In this document: piece by piece, positions 33,196 through 50,834 of the stretch
How positions within the stretch are numbered: position 1 is the stretch's first letter
Layout of the letters: every line of letters begins with the position of its first letter
Assembly (NCBI RefSeq): GCF_003790525.1
Contig: NZ_CP033635.1
Length of the DNA stretch: 64,000 bases
DNA from: Escherichia coli
GTDB lineage: Bacteria > Pseudomonadota > Gammaproteobacteria > Enterobacterales > Enterobacteriaceae
Strand: one strand, 5' to 3'
Notes under the pieces: model-generated
What the model saw: the letters and a program-made list of their open reading frames with translations, nothing else
Databases searched by the model: none
What the model was told of the DNA's origin: nothing
Translations under genes and position numbers: made by a program

Positions 33196-33969
33196 TTGAA
33201 CATCAGAACAGGGATGTGCGCTTTTTTATTGAGCTTAGTGCTGCCTGCACAGGCCACCAGCTTTACCGAATATCTGCCGATGAGTGACAGCGAATACGCG
33301 CAAAAGCGGGCGCTTAAACCTCTCCTGACCATGCCTTATGATGCCGAGCAAAACTGGCATTTTAGAAAAGTGGGCGTTGCTGGCGTGACGCTTGAGAAGA
33401 TGCCAAATGAAGAGGATTACTGGCAATTAACTGCTAAAGACCGCACCGGTAAATCCTGGAAGGTGCCTGTGGGTTTGCTGGCAAATATGGCGGGCAAAGG
33501 GCAGTTCTATCGTGCCGATCTGGATCGTAACGGCATTCAGGATCTGGTTATCTGGTTACCAAGTGCTGGTAATGGTCTGGCTCCTTATGCACATTTAATC
33601 CTTATGACGTTCACGCGCGATGGTCGTCCCTGTGTCTTTGAACCTTGGGGATTCTACACCGCAAGCAAAACTGGCGTAGATGATTTGCTGGATTTGCAAG
33701 GCAATGGCCACACGCAATTGCTGGATATGCAGTTTGATTCCGGTTACTGGATAACCAGTCTGTATCAGGTAAAAGACGCCAAATGGCAGCGTGTTCACGG
33801 CTGGTTTGGCAAGTTAAGCTATCCCGCGCTCACGCGTTTTACTTATACCCCCAACCGTAAACTCGTCCTCAAACCCATCGCCGGGCGCGACCCGCAAACG
33901 GAAGATCTGGCACTGACGCAGCGTTGCTTGATAAAGGGGGATGTTCTTGATGGGGTGAACCAGCTCTGA
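33196..33969 (+). CDS. Hypothetical secreted (periplasmic) protein, family unknown
   Basis: 257-aa ORF; Sec-type signal peptide MNIRTGMCAFLLSLVLPAQA then TSF (TTG start at 33196, alternative ATG at 33214); Trp-rich; two D-x-D/N-x-N-G-like motifs (DLDRNGIQD, DLQGNGHTQ); not recognised as a named E. coli protein. Confidence 0.65.
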   Translation: MNIRTGMCAFLLSLVLPAQATSFTEYLPMSDSEYAQKRALKPLLTMPYDAEQNWHFRKVGVAGVTLEKMPNEEDYWQLTAKDRTGKSWKVPVGLLANMAGKGQFYRADLDRNGIQDLVIWLPSAGNGLAPYAHLILMTFTRDGRPCVFEPWGFYTASKTGVDDLLDLQGNGHTQLLDMQFDSGYWITSLYQVKDAKWQRVHGWFGKLSYPALTRFTYTPNRKLVLKPIAGRDPQTEDLALTQRCLIKGDVLDGVNQL

Positions 33970-33985
33970 TGCCAAACGCCAGATT

Positions 33986-34049
33986 GCCCGATGCGCAACG
34001 CTTATCGGGCCTTGTAGGCCGGATAAGGCGTTCACGCCGCATCCGGCAA
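33986..34049. repeat. REP/BIME-type repetitive extragenic palindromic element
   Basis: GCCCGATGCGCAACGCTTATCGGGCC..GTAGGCCGGATAAGGCGTTCACGCCGCATCCGGCA, two inverted REP-like units. Confidence 0.8.
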
Positions 34050-34055
34050 TGTTAC

Positions 34056-36946
<2,891 letters not shown>

Positions 36947-37031
36947 CGGATTTTATCCTGTTATCAGTAGGGTAGATGTAGTTGTTATCAGTCGACGTGA
37001 CGGAAAAATGCCGATGCTGAAACGGAATTAG

Positions 37032-37043
37032 GAAACCGGTTTC
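37032..37043. promoter_or_regulatory. Perfect 12-bp palindrome GAAACCGGTTTC, candidate AscG (LacI/GalR-family) operator; second imperfect copy GTGAAACCGGTCAC at 37106-37119
   Basis: Both read directly in the ascF-ascG divergent intergenic region; half-site resembles GalR/LacI-family operators. Confidence 0.45.
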
Positions 37044-37205
37044 ACAAAATCATGAATAGTTGTCACTAAATAAGCAAGAGAGTTAATTGTTCATTTTTTA
37101 TATTTGTGAAACCGGTCACCTGAATATTTTTCCCGCCGATTGCGCAAGGACAATCGGCAAACGGTGCAGTACACTGCGTTGATTGCGTGTAAAGGGATGA
37201 AAATG

Positions 37206-38216
37206 ATGACGACGATGCTGGAAGTGGCGAAGCGCGCCGGGGTTTCAAAAGCGACCGTTTCCCGCGTGCTTTCAGGTAATGGCTACGTCAGCCAGGAGAC
37301 TAAAGATCGCGTGTTTCAGGCGGTAGAAGAGAGCGGTTACCGCCCAAATTTGCTGGCCCGCAATCTGTCGGCGAAAAGTACCCAGACGCTGGGGCTGGTA
37401 GTGACTAACACGCTTTACCACGGCATTTATTTTAGTGAACTACTGTTTCATGCCGCGCGAATGGCGGAAGAGAAAGGGCGGCAGTTGCTATTGGCAGATG
37501 GTAAACACAGCGCCGAAGAAGAGCGCCAGGCGATTCAGTATCTGCTGGATCTGCGCTGCGACGCGATCATGATTTATCCGCGCTTTTTAAGCGTGGATGA
37601 AATTGATGACATCATTGACGCGCACAGTCAGCCGATAATGGTGCTTAATCGCCGCCTGCGCAAAAATAGCAGCCATAGCGTCTGGTGCGATCATAAACAG
37701 ACCAGCTTTAACGCCGTGGCAGAGTTGATAAACGCCGGGCATCAGGAGATTGCTTTCCTTACCGGCTCGATGGATTCCCCCACCAGCATTGAACGTCTTG
37801 CCGGGTATAAAGACGCGCTGTCGCAGCATGGTATTGCGCTCAATGAAAAACTTATCGCTAACGGTAAATGGACGCCTGCCAGCGGGGCCGAAGGGGTAGA
37901 AACGTTGCTCGAACGTGGGGCTAAATTTAGCGTGTTAGTTGCCAGTAACGACGATATGGCGATAGGTGCGATGAAAGCGTTGCACGAGCGCGGCGTAGCG
38001 GTGCCAGAGCAGGTGTCAGTTATCGGATTCGATGATATCGCTATTGCCCCCTACACCGTTCCGGCGCTCTCCAGCGTAAAAATTCCGGTAACTGAGATGA
38101 TTCAGGAAATTATTGGACGGCTGATTTTTATGCTCGATGGTGGGGATTTCTCACCGCCGAAAACCTTCAGCGGAAAACTGATCCGCCGCGGCTCCCTCAT
38201 TGCTCTTTCGCAATAA
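37206..38216 (+). CDS. ascG: LacI-family repressor of the asc operon
   Basis: Start set to MTTMLEVAKRAGVSKATVSRV (336 aa; HTH at N-terminus); upstream alternative starts possible. Confidence 0.88.
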   Translation: MTTMLEVAKRAGVSKATVSRVLSGNGYVSQETKDRVFQAVEESGYRPNLLARNLSAKSTQTLGLVVTNTLYHGIYFSELLFHAARMAEEKGRQLLLADGKHSAEEERQAIQYLLDLRCDAIMIYPRFLSVDEIDDIIDAHSQPIMVLNRRLRKNSSHSVWCDHKQTSFNAVAELINAGHQEIAFLTGSMDSPTSIERLAGYKDALSQHGIALNEKLIANGKWTPASGAEGVETLLERGAKFSVLVASNDDMAIGAMKALHERGVAVPEQVSVIGFDDIAIAPYTVPALSSVKIPVTEMIQEIIGRLIFMLDGGDFSPPKTFSGKLIRRGSLIALSQ

Positions 38217-38364
38217 ACATTGTCATCACATGTCATCGTCACTAGTGTCGATGACATCGTTTTTCCTGCATTACAGAATTTAATTTCTTTAAATAACAGT
38301 AAATTAAAAACTGGCATGATTTGTGAATGTATCGGCGCATTAACTGTCATTGCTGGAGAATTTG

Positions 38365-38892
38365 ATGAACCGTTTCATCATTGCTGACGCGAGTAAATGT
38401 ATTGGTTGCTGTACCTGTGAAGTGGCGTGCGTGGTTTCTCATCAGGAGAATCAGGACTGTGCATCGCTGACCCCGGAAACTTTTTTACCGCGAATCCATG
38501 TCATTAAAGGTGTGAACATTTCTACGGCAACAGTCTGCCGTCAGTGTGAAGATGCACCGTGTGCTAACGTCTGCCCGAATGGTGCTATCAGCCGTGATAA
38601 AGGGTTTGTTCATGTGATGCAGGAACGTTGCATTGGTTGCAAAACCTGCGTTGTGGCTTGCCCGTATGGCGCGATGGAAGTGGTGGTACGTCCGGTGATT
38701 CGCAACAGCGGCGCGGGGCTGAATGTACGGGCTGACAAAGCCGAAGCCAATAAATGCGACCTCTGTAACCATCGTGAAGACGGCCCGGCGTGTATGGCGG
38801 CTTGCCCGACCCATGCGCTGATTTGTGTCGATCGTAATAAACTTGAACAACTGAGCGCAGAAAAACGTCGCCGTACGGCGCTGATGTTCTAA
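38365..38892 (+). CDS. hydN: Electron transport protein HydN (4Fe-4S ferredoxin-type)
   Basis: Start trimmed to [22 protein letters not shown] (175 aa); four Fe-S cysteine clusters. Confidence 0.92.
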   Translation: MNRFIIADASKCIGCCTCEVACVVSHQENQDCASLTPETFLPRIHVIKGVNISTATVCRQCEDAPCANVCPNGAISRDKGFVHVMQERCIGCKTCVVACPYGAMEVVVRPVIRNSGAGLNVRADKAEANKCDLCNHREDGPACMAACPTHALICVDRNKLEQLSAEKRRRTALMF

Positions 38893-39044
38893 AAATCTTA
38901 CAGAACTGTTCTGGCATCAAAGGAATTCCCGGAAATATTCGTAGAATACGAAGCGGGCAGTATCGCCGACCTGTGACTGCCGGATGCGACGCTGTCGTGT
39001 CCGGCAGGGCGGGTTACGAAATTCATGATGGCGGGAATAACTCA

Positions 39045-41285
39045 ATGGCAAAAAACATATCTTGCGGTGTCCAACTGCGTATTCGTGGCAAAGTGCAGGG
39101 CGTCGGTTTTCGTCCGTTTGTCTGGCAACTGGCACAGCAATTAAATCTTCACGGCGATGTCTGTAATGACGGCGATGGCGTAGAAGTCCGGCTGCTGGAA
39201 GCCCCGGAAACGTTTCTTGTTCAATTGCATCAGCACTGCCCGCCGCTGGCGCGTATTGATAGCGTCGAGCGTGAGCCGTTTATCTGGTCACAACTGCCCA
39301 CTGAGTTCACTATCCGCCAGAGCACAGGCGGCACCATGAATACGCAAATTGTCCCGGATGCCGCCACTTGCCCTGCTTGCCTTGCCGAAATGAATACCCC
39401 GGGCGAGCGGCGTTATCGTTATCCGTTTATCAACTGTACCCACTGCGGCCCGCGTTTCACCATTATTCGCGCGATGCCTTACGACCGCCCGTTTACCGTG
39501 ATGGCGGCGTTTCCGCTGTGTCCGGCTTGTGACAAAGAGTACCGCGACCCGCTCGATCGTCGCTTCCACGCCCAGCCGGTGGCCTGCCCGGAGTGTGGCC
39601 CACATCTTGAATGGGTAAGTCATGGTGAACATGCAGAACAAGAGGCGGCATTACAGGCGGCTATCGCACAGTTAAAAATGGGCAACATTGTCGCCATCAA
39701 AGGGATTGGCGGATTTCATCTCGCCTGCGATGCGCGTAACAGTAACGCGGTGGCGACACTACGGGCACGTAAACATCGCCCGGCGAAACCGCTGGCGGTC
39801 ATGTTGCCAGTGGCTGACGGTTTACCAGACGCTGCGCGCCAGTTGCTTTCCACGCCCGCCGCGCCGATTGTGCTGGTGGATAAAAAATACATACCTGAGC
39901 TTTGTGATGATATCGCCCCTGGCCTTAACGAAGTTGGGGTGATGTTGCCTGCGAACCCGCTCCAGCATTTGCTGTTACAGGAACTGCAATGCCCGCTGGT
40001 GATGACCTCCGGCAACCTGAGCGGTAAACCACCAGCTATCAGCAACGAACAGGCGCTGGCGGATTTGCAGGGCATTGCCGACGGATTCTTGATACATAAC
40101 CGCGACATCGTGCAGCGGATGGATGATTCGGTGGTGCGCGAAAGCGGCGAAATGCTGCGCCGTTCGCGGGGGTATGTGCCGGATGCGCTGGCTTTGCCTC
40201 CGGGCTTTAAAAATGTTCCGCCTGTGCTGTGTCTCGGCGCGGATCTGAAAAATACCTTCTGCCTGGTGCGCGGTGAACAAGCGGTGTTGAGTCAGCATCT
40301 GGGCGATTTAAGTGACGATGGCATCCAGATGCAGTGGCGCGAAGCGTTACGCCTGATGCAAAACATCTACGATTTTACCCCGCAATACGTTGTGCATGAC
40401 GCACATCCGGGCTATGTCTCCAGCCAGTGGGCGCGCGAAATGAATCTGCCGACGCAAACGGTGCTGCATCATCATGCCCACGCGGCGGCGTGTCTGGCAG
40501 AACATCACTGGCCACTGGAGGGCGGTGATGTCATTGCTTTGACGCTCGACGGTATCGGTATGGGGGAGAACGGCGCTTTGTGGGGCGGCGAGTGTCTGCG
40601 GGTGAACTATCGCGAATGCCAGCACCTGGGCGGCTTGCCAGCGGTGGCGCTTGCTGGGGGCGATTTGGCTGCAAAGCAGCCGTGGCGTAACCTGCTGGCG
40701 CAGTGCCTGCGCTTTGTGCCGGAGTGGCAGAATTACCCTGAAACGGCAAGTGTGCAACAGCAAAACTGGAGCGTGCTGGCGCGGGCCATTGAGCGTGGAA
40801 TTAACGCGCCGCTGGCGTCATCGTGTGGGCGTTTGTTTGATGCTGTGGCGGCGGCACTGGGCTGTGCGCCAGCCACGTTAAGTTATGAAGGTGAAGCGGC
40901 TTGTGCTCTGGAGGCGCTCGCAGCTTCATGCGACGGAGTGACGCATCCGGTGACGATGCCGCTGGTGGACAATCAACTGGATCTCGCCACTTTCTGGCAG
41001 CAGTGGCTGAACTGGCAGGCACCGGTTAATCAACGCGCGTGGGCGTTTCATGATGCGCTGGCGCAGGGTTTTGCCGCGTTGATGCGTGAGCAGGCCACGA
41101 TGCGCGGTATCACTACGCTGGTATTTAGCGGTGGGGTTATTCATAACCGATTGCTGCGTACACGCCTGGCGCATTATCTCGCTGATTTCACATTACTCTT
41201 TCCGCAGAGTTTACCGGCGGGTGATGGCGGCTTGTCTCTGGGGCAGGGGGTTATTGCTGCGGCGCGCATCCTGCATGCTGCATAG
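39045..41285 (+). CDS. hypF: Carbamoyltransferase HypF (hydrogenase maturation)
   Basis: Start set to [25 protein letters not shown] (acylphosphatase domain), two zinc-finger CxxC pairs, YrdC and Kae1-like regions; exact start uncertain. Confidence 0.92.
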   Translation: MAKNISCGVQLRIRGKVQGVGFRPFVWQLAQQLNLHGDVCNDGDGVEVRLLEAPETFLVQLHQHCPPLARIDSVEREPFIWSQLPTEFTIRQSTGGTMNTQIVPDAATCPACLAEMNTPGERRYRYPFINCTHCGPRFTIIRAMPYDRPFTVMAAFPLCPACDKEYRDPLDRRFHAQPVACPECGPHLEWVSHGEHAEQEAALQAAIAQLKMGNIVAIKGIGGFHLACDARNSNAVATLRARKHRPAKPLAVMLPVADGLPDAARQLLSTPAAPIVLVDKKYIPELCDDIAPGLNEVGVMLPANPLQHLLLQELQCPLVMTSGNLSGKPPAISNEQALADLQGIADGFLIHNRDIVQRMDDSVVRESGEMLRRSRGYVPDALALPPGFKNVPPVLCLGADLKNTFCLVRGEQAVLSQHLGDLSDDGIQMQWREALRLMQNIYDFTPQYVVHDAHPGYVSSQWAREMNLPTQTVLHHHAHAAACLAEHHWPLEGGDVIALTLDGIGMGENGALWGGECLRVNYRECQHLGGLPAVALAGGDLAAKQPWRNLLAQCLRFVPEWQNYPETASVQQQNWSVLARAIERGINAPLASSCGRLFDAVAAALGCAPATLSYEGEAACALEALAASCDGVTHPVTMPLVDNQLDLATFWQQWLNWQAPVNQRAWAFHDALAQGFAALMREQATMRGITTLVFSGGVIHNRLLRTRLAHYLADFTLLFPQSLPAGDGGLSLGQGVIAAARILHAA

Positions 41286-41363
41286 TGGCGGATGTGGCGT
41301 AACTAAGCGTTAAAAGTAGCGCGGACAGTCCCCTCGCCCTTTGGGCGAGGGAGAAAACCATGC

Positions 41364-42497
41364 CTACATCGGCAACGTTTTCAACAATCCAAACGCCTCT
41401 TTCATCCGATCCTCACTGACCACAAAGGCGCGAAGCTGGTCAGCATCGTCAACACCGCGCGCAACCATTCCCTGGCGTTCGGTATTAATTTGCCAGCGTA
41501 AATCCTGACGCTGGGTTTCGCCTGCCAGATGCAGCGGTAATTCTGGCGTTTTGATTTTCACCAGCATCGCCGGGAGTTTCAGCGGCGTGTTATTGCCGAG
41601 AAGATTTTTTGCCAGCACCATTGCGCTAAGTTGAATCGGCTGGAGGAACGGCAATACCTGACCGTTAATTTCCGCGCAATCGCCCAGCGCATAAATATCG
41701 GCATTACTGGTTTGCAGATAACTATCGACGCAAACGCCACGATTAATCGTCAGCCCGGCGCGTCGTGCCAGGGCGGTTTCCGGGCGCAGTCCGGTGGCGG
41801 CAATTACCGCATCCACTTCAATGCAGCGCTGGCATTCCAGCGTTGCCAGAATGCCAGAATCCGTTTTTTCCAGTCCCTGCAACTGAGATTTTAACAGCAG
41901 ATGAACGCCCATCTCCGTCAACCGATGCTGCAAGCGGCTGCTTACTTCCGGTGGCATTAACGACGCCAGAATACTGGCAGCGTTGTCGATCAGCGTGACC
42001 GCTTTGCCTGCCCGACAAAAATCCATCGCCAGCTCGCTACCAATCAAGCCACCGCCAACAATCAACACGCGTCGGGCATCCCGCAGTTGCGTTTCACAGG
42101 CGCGATACTCTTGCTGACTATTTAACGTCAGCATTAACTCACGCCCGGGCACTGGCGGGACAAAGGCGCTGGCACCGGTTGCCAGCACTAACTTGTCGTA
42201 TTGCCACTGATTATTCTGACTTTTCACCACATGGGCTTCGGCATCGATATCCGTTACCCAGGTGTGCGGAAACAGGCGCAGATTAAACTGCTCGGCAAAT
42301 TCACCTGCCGTCTGGCGGGTAAGGTCGTCGGCACGTTGCCCCTGACTGATAACATGGCTGAGGTCAGGTTTGTTGTACTCATCCATGCTGTCGGCGGCAA
42401 TCAGAGTTAATGGAATACTGGCGTCCTGTTTGCGAATATTTTTCACCAGTTGGCGGGCGGCGAAGCCCGAACCAATGATCACAATGCTGTTGCTCAT
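41364..42497 (-). CDS. norW: NADH:flavorubredoxin reductase
   Basis: 377-aa ORF with FAD/NAD Rossmann motifs ([18 protein letters not shown]). Confidence 0.95.
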   Translation of the reverse strand: MSNSIVIIGSGFAARQLVKNIRKQDASIPLTLIAADSMDEYNKPDLSHVISQGQRADDLTRQTAGEFAEQFNLRLFPHTWVTDIDAEAHVVKSQNNQWQYDKLVLATGASAFVPPVPGRELMLTLNSQQEYRACETQLRDARRVLIVGGGLIGSELAMDFCRAGKAVTLIDNAASILASLMPPEVSSRLQHRLTEMGVHLLLKSQLQGLEKTDSGILATLECQRCIEVDAVIAATGLRPETALARRAGLTINRGVCVDSYLQTSNADIYALGDCAEINGQVLPFLQPIQLSAMVLAKNLLGNNTPLKLPAMLVKIKTPELPLHLAGETQRQDLRWQINTERQGMVARGVDDADQLRAFVVSEDRMKEAFGLLKTLPM

Positions 42498-43933
42498 TTT
42501 GCCTCCGATGCCAGTTCGTCAAAGACGTCTTTGCCGAGAGAGCATTCCGGGCACAGGAAGTTATCCGGGACTTCACTCCACGGCGTTCCTGGCGCAACGT
42601 CCTGCATTGGCTCACCTTTTGCCGGATCGTAAATCCACTGGCAGACGCTGCATTGCATCCGTGGGCCGAGGTCAGCCGTCGTGGTGGCAGAGGTTTCTTC
42701 TTTAACTACCGTATTCACCGTGCTCTGCGGCAGCGGCGCGAGCGCCCACTGACGGGCGATTTCGCGACCGTGTTCACGACATAACTCCAGAGCGTCCTGG
42801 TCTGGTCGCCATTTGGCTTTCAGGCTAAGCGACATTTCGAAACCCGCATCCTGCAGGCGCGTGGAAAGACGATCCACCGCACCGCCGCTCCAGCCGTGAG
42901 AGCCGAAAGCGCTGGCGCGTTTGTTACGGAAGCGTAATCCGGTCATCTCCTCCACCAGCCCGGCGATTTTCGGCATCATCACATTATTCATCGTAGAGGT
43001 GCCGACCAGCATGCCTTTTGAGCGGAAGACATTGGTCAGGATTTCGTTTTTATCGCTTCGGGCGACGTTGAAAATTTTCACCGCCACGCGTGGGTCGGTT
43101 TCCGCAATCCCCTGGGCGATAGCGTCAGCCATCATGCGGGTGTTATTCGACATGGTGTCGTAGAAAATGGTGATTCTGTCTTCCTGATAATCCGCCGCCC
43201 ATTTCAGGTACAGCTCGACAATTTGCGTCGGGTTATCGCGCCATACCACGCCGTGAGAGGTCGCTATCATATCGACTGGCAAGTTAAAGCCCAGGATCTC
43301 GGTAATTTTCGGCGTTACCAGGCGGCTGAACGGCGTCAGGATATTGGCGTAGTAACGCTGGCACTGCTCGAAAAGCTCCGTCTGATCCACTTCATCGTTG
43401 AACAGATGCTCGTCGCAGTAGTGCTGACCGAAAGCATCGTTACTGAACAGCACCGCGTCGCCTGTCAGGTAAGTCATCATGCTGTCCGGCCAGTGCAGCA
43501 TTGGCGTTTCGACAAAAATGAGCTGTTTGCCGTTGCCGATATCCAGCGTGTCGCCAGTTTTCACCACATTAAAATTCCACTCCGGATGATGGTGATGACC
43601 ATTTATCGAGTCGATAGCGTTGGCAGTACAGTAGATCGGCGTATCGGGAATTTGTGCCATCAGTTCGGTCAGCGCCCCGGCGTGGTCCTCTTCAGCATGG
43701 TTAATTACGATGTAATCGATATCTGCCAGATCGATTTCATTACGCAGGTTCTGCACAAATTCGCGGCTGAATTTATGGTCGACGGTGTCGATCAGCACGT
43801 TTTTTTCTTCACGGATGAGGTAGCTGTTGTAGCTGCTGCCGCGCAGCGTTTTATATTCTGTACCGTGAAAATCACGCACTTCCCAGTCACGTTGACCAAC
43901 CCAATGAATGTTATTTTTCACCACAATAGACAT
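42494..43933 (-). CDS. norV: Anaerobic nitric oxide reductase flavorubredoxin
   Basis: 479-aa ORF: metallo-beta-lactamase-like domain, flavodoxin domain, C-terminal rubredoxin CxxC...CPxC. Confidence 0.95.
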   Translation of the reverse strand: MSIVVKNNIHWVGQRDWEVRDFHGTEYKTLRGSSYNSYLIREEKNVLIDTVDHKFSREFVQNLRNEIDLADIDYIVINHAEEDHAGALTELMAQIPDTPIYCTANAIDSINGHHHHPEWNFNVVKTGDTLDIGNGKQLIFVETPMLHWPDSMMTYLTGDAVLFSNDAFGQHYCDEHLFNDEVDQTELFEQCQRYYANILTPFSRLVTPKITEILGFNLPVDMIATSHGVVWRDNPTQIVELYLKWAADYQEDRITIFYDTMSNNTRMMADAIAQGIAETDPRVAVKIFNVARSDKNEILTNVFRSKGMLVGTSTMNNVMMPKIAGLVEEMTGLRFRNKRASAFGSHGWSGGAVDRLSTRLQDAGFEMSLSLKAKWRPDQDALELCREHGREIARQWALAPLPQSTVNTVVKEETSATTTADLGPRMQCSVCQWIYDPAKGEPMQDVAPGTPWSEVPDNFLCPECSLGKDVFDELASEAK

Positions 43934-43980
43934 AGCAACCTCAATTTATTCAGCGTGTTCTAAAAAGATGTCTTGCTAAT

Positions 43981-43997
43981 TGCAGATTGCGTGCCAG
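43981..43997 (-). promoter_or_regulatory. Sigma-54 (-24/-12) promoter of norVW
   Basis: Minus-strand reading CTGGCACGCAATCTGCA, GG-N10-GC spacing, about 45 bp upstream of the norV ATG. Confidence 0.75.
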
Positions 43998-44051
43998 TTT
44001 TTTATCTGATTGATTTTTATGTATAAATTAATTCATGCTCATTAATGAGTA

Positions 44052-44107
44052 GTCAAAATGACTATTAATCAAATGGTCGATATGACAATATCTATAGTCA
44101 AATTGAC
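44052..44107. promoter_or_regulatory. Three NorR enhancer binding sites (GTCA-N3-TGAC) in the norR-norV divergent region
   Basis: GTCAAAATGAC (44052-44062), GTCGATATGAC (44076-44086), GTCAAATTGAC (44097-44107). Confidence 0.85.
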
Positions 44108-44119
44108 AGTGAGGCAAAG

Positions 44120-45634
44120 ATGAGTTTTTCCGTTGATGTGCTGGCGAATATCGCCATCGAATTGCAGCGTGGGATTGGTCATCAGGATCGTTTTCAGCGC
44201 CTGATCACCACGCTGCGTCAGGTGCTGGAGTGTGATGCCTCTGCGTTGCTACGTTATGACTCGCGGCAGTTTATTCCGCTTGCCATCGACGGGCTGGCGA
44301 AGGATGTACTCGGTAGACGCTTTGCGCTGGAAGGGCATCCACGGCTGGAAGCGATTGCCCGCGCCGGGGACGTGGTGCGCTTTCCCGCAGACAGCGAATT
44401 GCCCGATCCCTATGACGGTTTGATTCCCGGGCAGGAGAGTCTGAAGGTTCACGCCTGCGTTGGTCTGCCATTGTTTGCCGGGCAAAACCTGATCGGCGCA
44501 TTGACGCTCGACGGGATGCAGCCCGATCAGTTCGATGTTTTCAGCGACGAAGAGTTACGCCTGATTGCCGCGCTGGCGGCGGGAGCGTTAAGCAATGCGT
44601 TGCTGATTGAGCAACTGGAAAGCCAGAATATGCTGCCGGGCGATGCCGCGCCGTTTGAAGCGGTGAAACAGACGCAGATGATCGGTCTGTCGCCAGGCAT
44701 GACGCAATTGAAAAAAGAGATTGAGATTGTGGCGGCGTCCGATCTCAACGTCTTAATCAGCGGTGAGACGGGAACCGGTAAGGAGCTGGTGGCGAAAGCG
44801 ATTCATGAAGCCTCGCCAAGGGCGGTGAATCCGCTGGTCTATCTCAACTGTGCCGCACTGCCGGAAAGTGTGGCGGAAAGTGAGTTGTTCGGGCACGTGA
44901 AAGGGGCGTTTACTGGCGCTATCAGTAACCGCAGCGGGAAGTTTGAAATGGCGGATAACGGCACGCTGTTTCTGGATGAGATCGGCGAGTTGTCGTTGGC
45001 ATTGCAGGCCAAGCTGCTGCGGGTGTTGCAGTATGGCGATATTCAGCGCGTTGGCGATGACCGCAGTTTGCGGGTCGATGTGCGCGTGCTGGCGGCGACT
45101 AACCGTGACTTACGCGAAGAGGTACTGGCAGGGCGATTTCGCGCTGACTTGTTCCACCGCCTGAGCGTGTTTCCACTTTCAGTGCCGCCGCTGCGTGAGC
45201 GGGGCGATGATGTCATTCTGCTGGCGGGGTATTTCTGCGAACAGTGCCGCCTGCGGTTGGGGCTCTCCCGCGTGGTATTAAGTGCCAGAGCGCGAAATTT
45301 ACTGCAACACTACAATTTTCCGGGGAACGTTCGTGAACTGGAACATGCTATTCATCGGGCGGTAGTGCTGGCGAGAGCCACTCGCAGCGGCGATGAAGTG
45401 ATTCTTGAAGCGCAACATTTTGCTTTTCCTGAGGTGACGTTGCCGCCGCCAGAAGCGGCGGCGGTGCCTATCGTTAAGCAAAACCTGCGTGAAGCGACAG
45501 AAGCGTTCCAGCGTGAAACCATTCGTCAGGCACTGGCACAAAATCATCACAACTGGGCTGCCAGCGCACGGATGCTGGAAACCGACGTCGCCAACTTGCA
45601 TCGGTTGGCGAAACGTCTGGGGCTGAAGGATTAA
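44120..45634 (+). CDS. norR: Anaerobic nitric oxide reductase transcription regulator (sigma-54 activator with GAF domain)
   Basis: 504-aa ORF; AAA+ motifs GETGTGKE and GAFTGA; C-terminal HTH. Confidence 0.95.
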   Translation: MSFSVDVLANIAIELQRGIGHQDRFQRLITTLRQVLECDASALLRYDSRQFIPLAIDGLAKDVLGRRFALEGHPRLEAIARAGDVVRFPADSELPDPYDGLIPGQESLKVHACVGLPLFAGQNLIGALTLDGMQPDQFDVFSDEELRLIAALAAGALSNALLIEQLESQNMLPGDAAPFEAVKQTQMIGLSPGMTQLKKEIEIVAASDLNVLISGETGTGKELVAKAIHEASPRAVNPLVYLNCAALPESVAESELFGHVKGAFTGAISNRSGKFEMADNGTLFLDEIGELSLALQAKLLRVLQYGDIQRVGDDRSLRVDVRVLAATNRDLREEVLAGRFRADLFHRLSVFPLSVPPLRERGDDVILLAGYFCEQCRLRLGLSRVVLSARARNLLQHYNFPGNVRELEHAIHRAVVLARATRSGDEVILEAQHFAFPEVTLPPPEAAAVPIVKQNLREATEAFQRETIRQALAQNHHNWAASARMLETDVANLHRLAKRLGLKD

Positions 45635-46596
45635 ATAATCCCGGCCTGATAGAAATCCTGCAGGTTAATTGCGCCGGTGAGTTTGCCGTTTTCATCCACT
45701 ACCGGTGCGGCGGTGATTTTGCGTTTCATCAGGATTTCTTTGGCGTCGATGGCACGGCTTTGCGATTGCAACGTGGTGCCGCCGACCGTCATCGCTTCAT
45801 TGACTGGCGTGGTGAGTGCGCCGCCGCCAACCAGCCAGCGACGTAAATCACCGTCGGTAAAGACGCCTTGTACCTGTTGCTGAGCGTCACATACCGCCAC
45901 CAGCCCCAGACCGGTGCGGCTGAGTTCCAGCATCGCATCCATCACGCTGGCGGTTAACGCTACCTGCGGAATAGCGTCATCACGGCGCATCAGATGATGC
46001 ACTTTATTCAGCAAGCGAGCGCCCAGTGCCCCGGCTGGGTGGGAGCGGGCAAAATCTTCTTCATTAAAACCACGCGCCTGCATGACTGCCATCGCCAACG
46101 CGTCGCCCATCATCAGGGTATTCACGGTGCTGGAGGTCGGCGCAAGATGCATCGGGCAGGCTTCGCGTTCTACGGAGATATCCAGCACCGCTTTCGCCGC
46201 CAGGCCCAGCGGTGACGTCGGTTTGCCGGTCATCGCCAGCAGCGCGATAGATTTATCTTCCAGACGCGGAATAATCAGATCCAGTTCCTTCGCGCCACCG
46301 GAGTAAGAGATAAACAGCATCACATCGCGGCTTTCGATCATCCCCAGGTCGCCGTGCAATGCCTCTGCCGGATGGACAAAAAAGGCAGGAGTGCCGGTGC
46401 TGGCAAGCGTTGCGGCGATTTTCTTACCAATGTGGCCCGATTTGCCAATTCCCGAAACCACCACTTTGCCTTCGCAGTGCAGGATGATATTGGCGGCGCG
46501 AACAAAATCATCGCCCAGACGTTCCGGTAAACGGCTTGCTTCCTGTAACTCCAGCATTAACGTCTGACGTCCCGCGTTCAGTAGTGCTTCACTCAT
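45631..46596 (-). CDS. gutQ: Arabinose 5-phosphate isomerase (SIS + CBS domains)
   Basis: 321-aa ORF, recognised GutQ; overlaps srlR stop. Confidence 0.92.
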   Translation of the reverse strand: MSEALLNAGRQTLMLELQEASRLPERLGDDFVRAANIILHCEGKVVVSGIGKSGHIGKKIAATLASTGTPAFFVHPAEALHGDLGMIESRDVMLFISYSGGAKELDLIIPRLEDKSIALLAMTGKPTSPLGLAAKAVLDISVEREACPMHLAPTSSTVNTLMMGDALAMAVMQARGFNEEDFARSHPAGALGARLLNKVHHLMRRDDAIPQVALTASVMDAMLELSRTGLGLVAVCDAQQQVQGVFTDGDLRRWLVGGGALTTPVNEAMTVGGTTLQSQSRAIDAKEILMKRKITAAPVVDENGKLTGAINLQDFYQAGII

Positions 46597-47362
46597 TGCT
46601 CTCTCCGGTTATGATCACATCGATCCCTTTCTTTTCCAGCGCCTGACGAAACGCCGGATCGATACCTACGTCGGTAATTAGCTTATCGACGCTTTCAAGA
46701 CTACAAACCACGTTGGGGCTTTTACGACCAAACTTCGATGAGTCAGCCATCAAAATCACTTCGCGCGCGGCATTACACATCGCCTTACTGACGGTATAGA
46801 CCTCGTTGAAGGTGGTTACGCCCGCATTGAGATCGATGCCGTCGGTGCCCATAAACAATTTATCGAAGGTGAAATGCTCGAAGGCATTCTCTGCCAGTTG
46901 CCCGTGAAATGAGGCCGATTTTTTACGAAATGTTCCGCCTGGCATCAGGATAGTTTGTTCGTTATCCAGTTCGGATAGCGCATTGACGATATGCAGGCTG
47001 TTGGTCATCACTGTGATGTTATTAAAGCGCGAGAGCAGGGGAACCATCTGCAAAACGGTACTGCCAGCATCAAGAATGATCGAATCGCCATCATGGATAA
47101 AACTAACGGCAGCTTCTGCAATCAGCTCTTTCTTGTGGGTGTTGATGAGTGTTTTATGATCGATAGGCGGATCGGATTCCTCTTTATTCAACACCACTCC
47201 GCCATAAGTACGAATGACGGTTCCGGCATGTTCCAGAATGACCAGATCTTTGCGAATGGTTGTTCCTGTGGTGTCAAAGTATTGCGCCAATTCTTCAACC
47301 GAGCATTTACCCTGCTTTTGCAGATACTCCAGAATGGCGGCCTGACGCTGACGAGGTTTCAT
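46589..47362 (-). CDS. srlR: Glucitol operon repressor (DeoR family)
   Basis: 257-aa ORF with N-terminal HTH. Confidence 0.93.
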   Translation of the reverse strand: MKPRQRQAAILEYLQKQGKCSVEELAQYFDTTGTTIRKDLVILEHAGTVIRTYGGVVLNKEESDPPIDHKTLINTHKKELIAEAAVSFIHDGDSIILDAGSTVLQMVPLLSRFNNITVMTNSLHIVNALSELDNEQTILMPGGTFRKKSASFHGQLAENAFEHFTFDKLFMGTDGIDLNAGVTTFNEVYTVSKAMCNAAREVILMADSSKFGRKSPNVVCSLESVDKLITDVGIDPAFRQALEKKGIDVIITGESNE

Positions 47363-47428
47363 GGGCGTGATTACCTGATTTAGGTTTCAAAATGATAACT
47401 TCGCAAGCAAGTAACATTCACAACGAAA

Positions 47429-47788
47429 TTATCCACGTTTCAGTTTAAGCGCCAATGATAGAGCATTCTGTGATAGTGGATCATGGGGAAAGATCACATC
47501 GGGCTGTAAATCACCCGCATGCATACCGGTAATTGCGGGAATTTTTTGCGGTCGGGCGAAGACGGTCAGTCCTTTCATAAACAAGGTGTCGACGATGCGC
47601 TGCTGATCGTCCAGGGCGATGGCGACCACGACCCGCGGTTTAAAGCGCCCGCTGGAACGGCCCACGCCAACCCGCCCTTGCTGGCATAGTGTGTCGAAGG
47701 CACGGTTAAAACGAGAAATTTGCCAGCCGCCTAAAGCCAGTTGCGCACACCAGGCGATAACGGCGACGGTGATGAGTGCGGATACCAT
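47429..47788 (-). CDS. gutM: Glucitol operon activator
   Basis: 119-aa ORF with N-terminal TM segment in the conserved operon position. Confidence 0.9.
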   Translation of the reverse strand: MVSALITVAVIAWCAQLALGGWQISRFNRAFDTLCQQGRVGVGRSSGRFKPRVVVAIALDDQQRIVDTLFMKGLTVFARPQKIPAITGMHAGDLQPDVIFPHDPLSQNALSLALKLKRG

Positions 47789-47818
47789 AACTTCTCCGTA
47801 ATGTAGTGGCGGAAGTCC

Positions 47819-47848
47819 TGTAGGCCTGATAAGCGTAGCGCATCAGGC
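47819..47848. repeat. REP element between srlD and gutM
   Basis: GTAGGCCTGATAAGCGTAGCGCATCAGGC matches the classical E. coli REP consensus. Confidence 0.8.
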
Positions 47849-47893
47849 ATTCTATTAGTCGCGCGGAGATCCTTAAAAGATCTCCGCTGTTGA

Positions 47894-49048
<1,155 letters not shown>

Positions 49049-49058
49049 GTTTCAGCCT

Positions 49059-50596
<1,538 letters not shown>

Positions 50597-50834
50597 TTAT
50601 TGTTTTATTACCAAACGGCAATCTAATCTAATCAGATTGAAAGATTTAAAAGTGTTATTTTGATCGCAAAATGAAAGATAAATATTTTATTTTGAAAGTT
50701 TATATAAAGAAGGTAGTGAGGAGAATGAGTTGAGTTATGTAAAGTCCGTATCGGGCAGTGACTACCGCTTCCTTGTGCGGGGCGGGATGCTTTACCATAC
50801 TTGCCCCTGGTTGAATCTGTTAAATGGACCCCTC

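Noticed and set aside
41305-41335. Perfect 9-bp-stem hairpin CCCTCGCCC-TTT-GGGCGAGGG between convergent hypF and norW, as a terminator
   Set aside because: No U-tract follows on either strand and the loop is only 3 nt; it may still be a structural element but is not a canonical intrinsic terminator.
47864-47888. Hairpin CGGAGATCCTTAAAAGATCTCCG just downstream of srlD as an intrinsic terminator
   Set aside because: No U-tract on the srlD strand, and srlD-gutM-srlR are expected to be co-transcribed.
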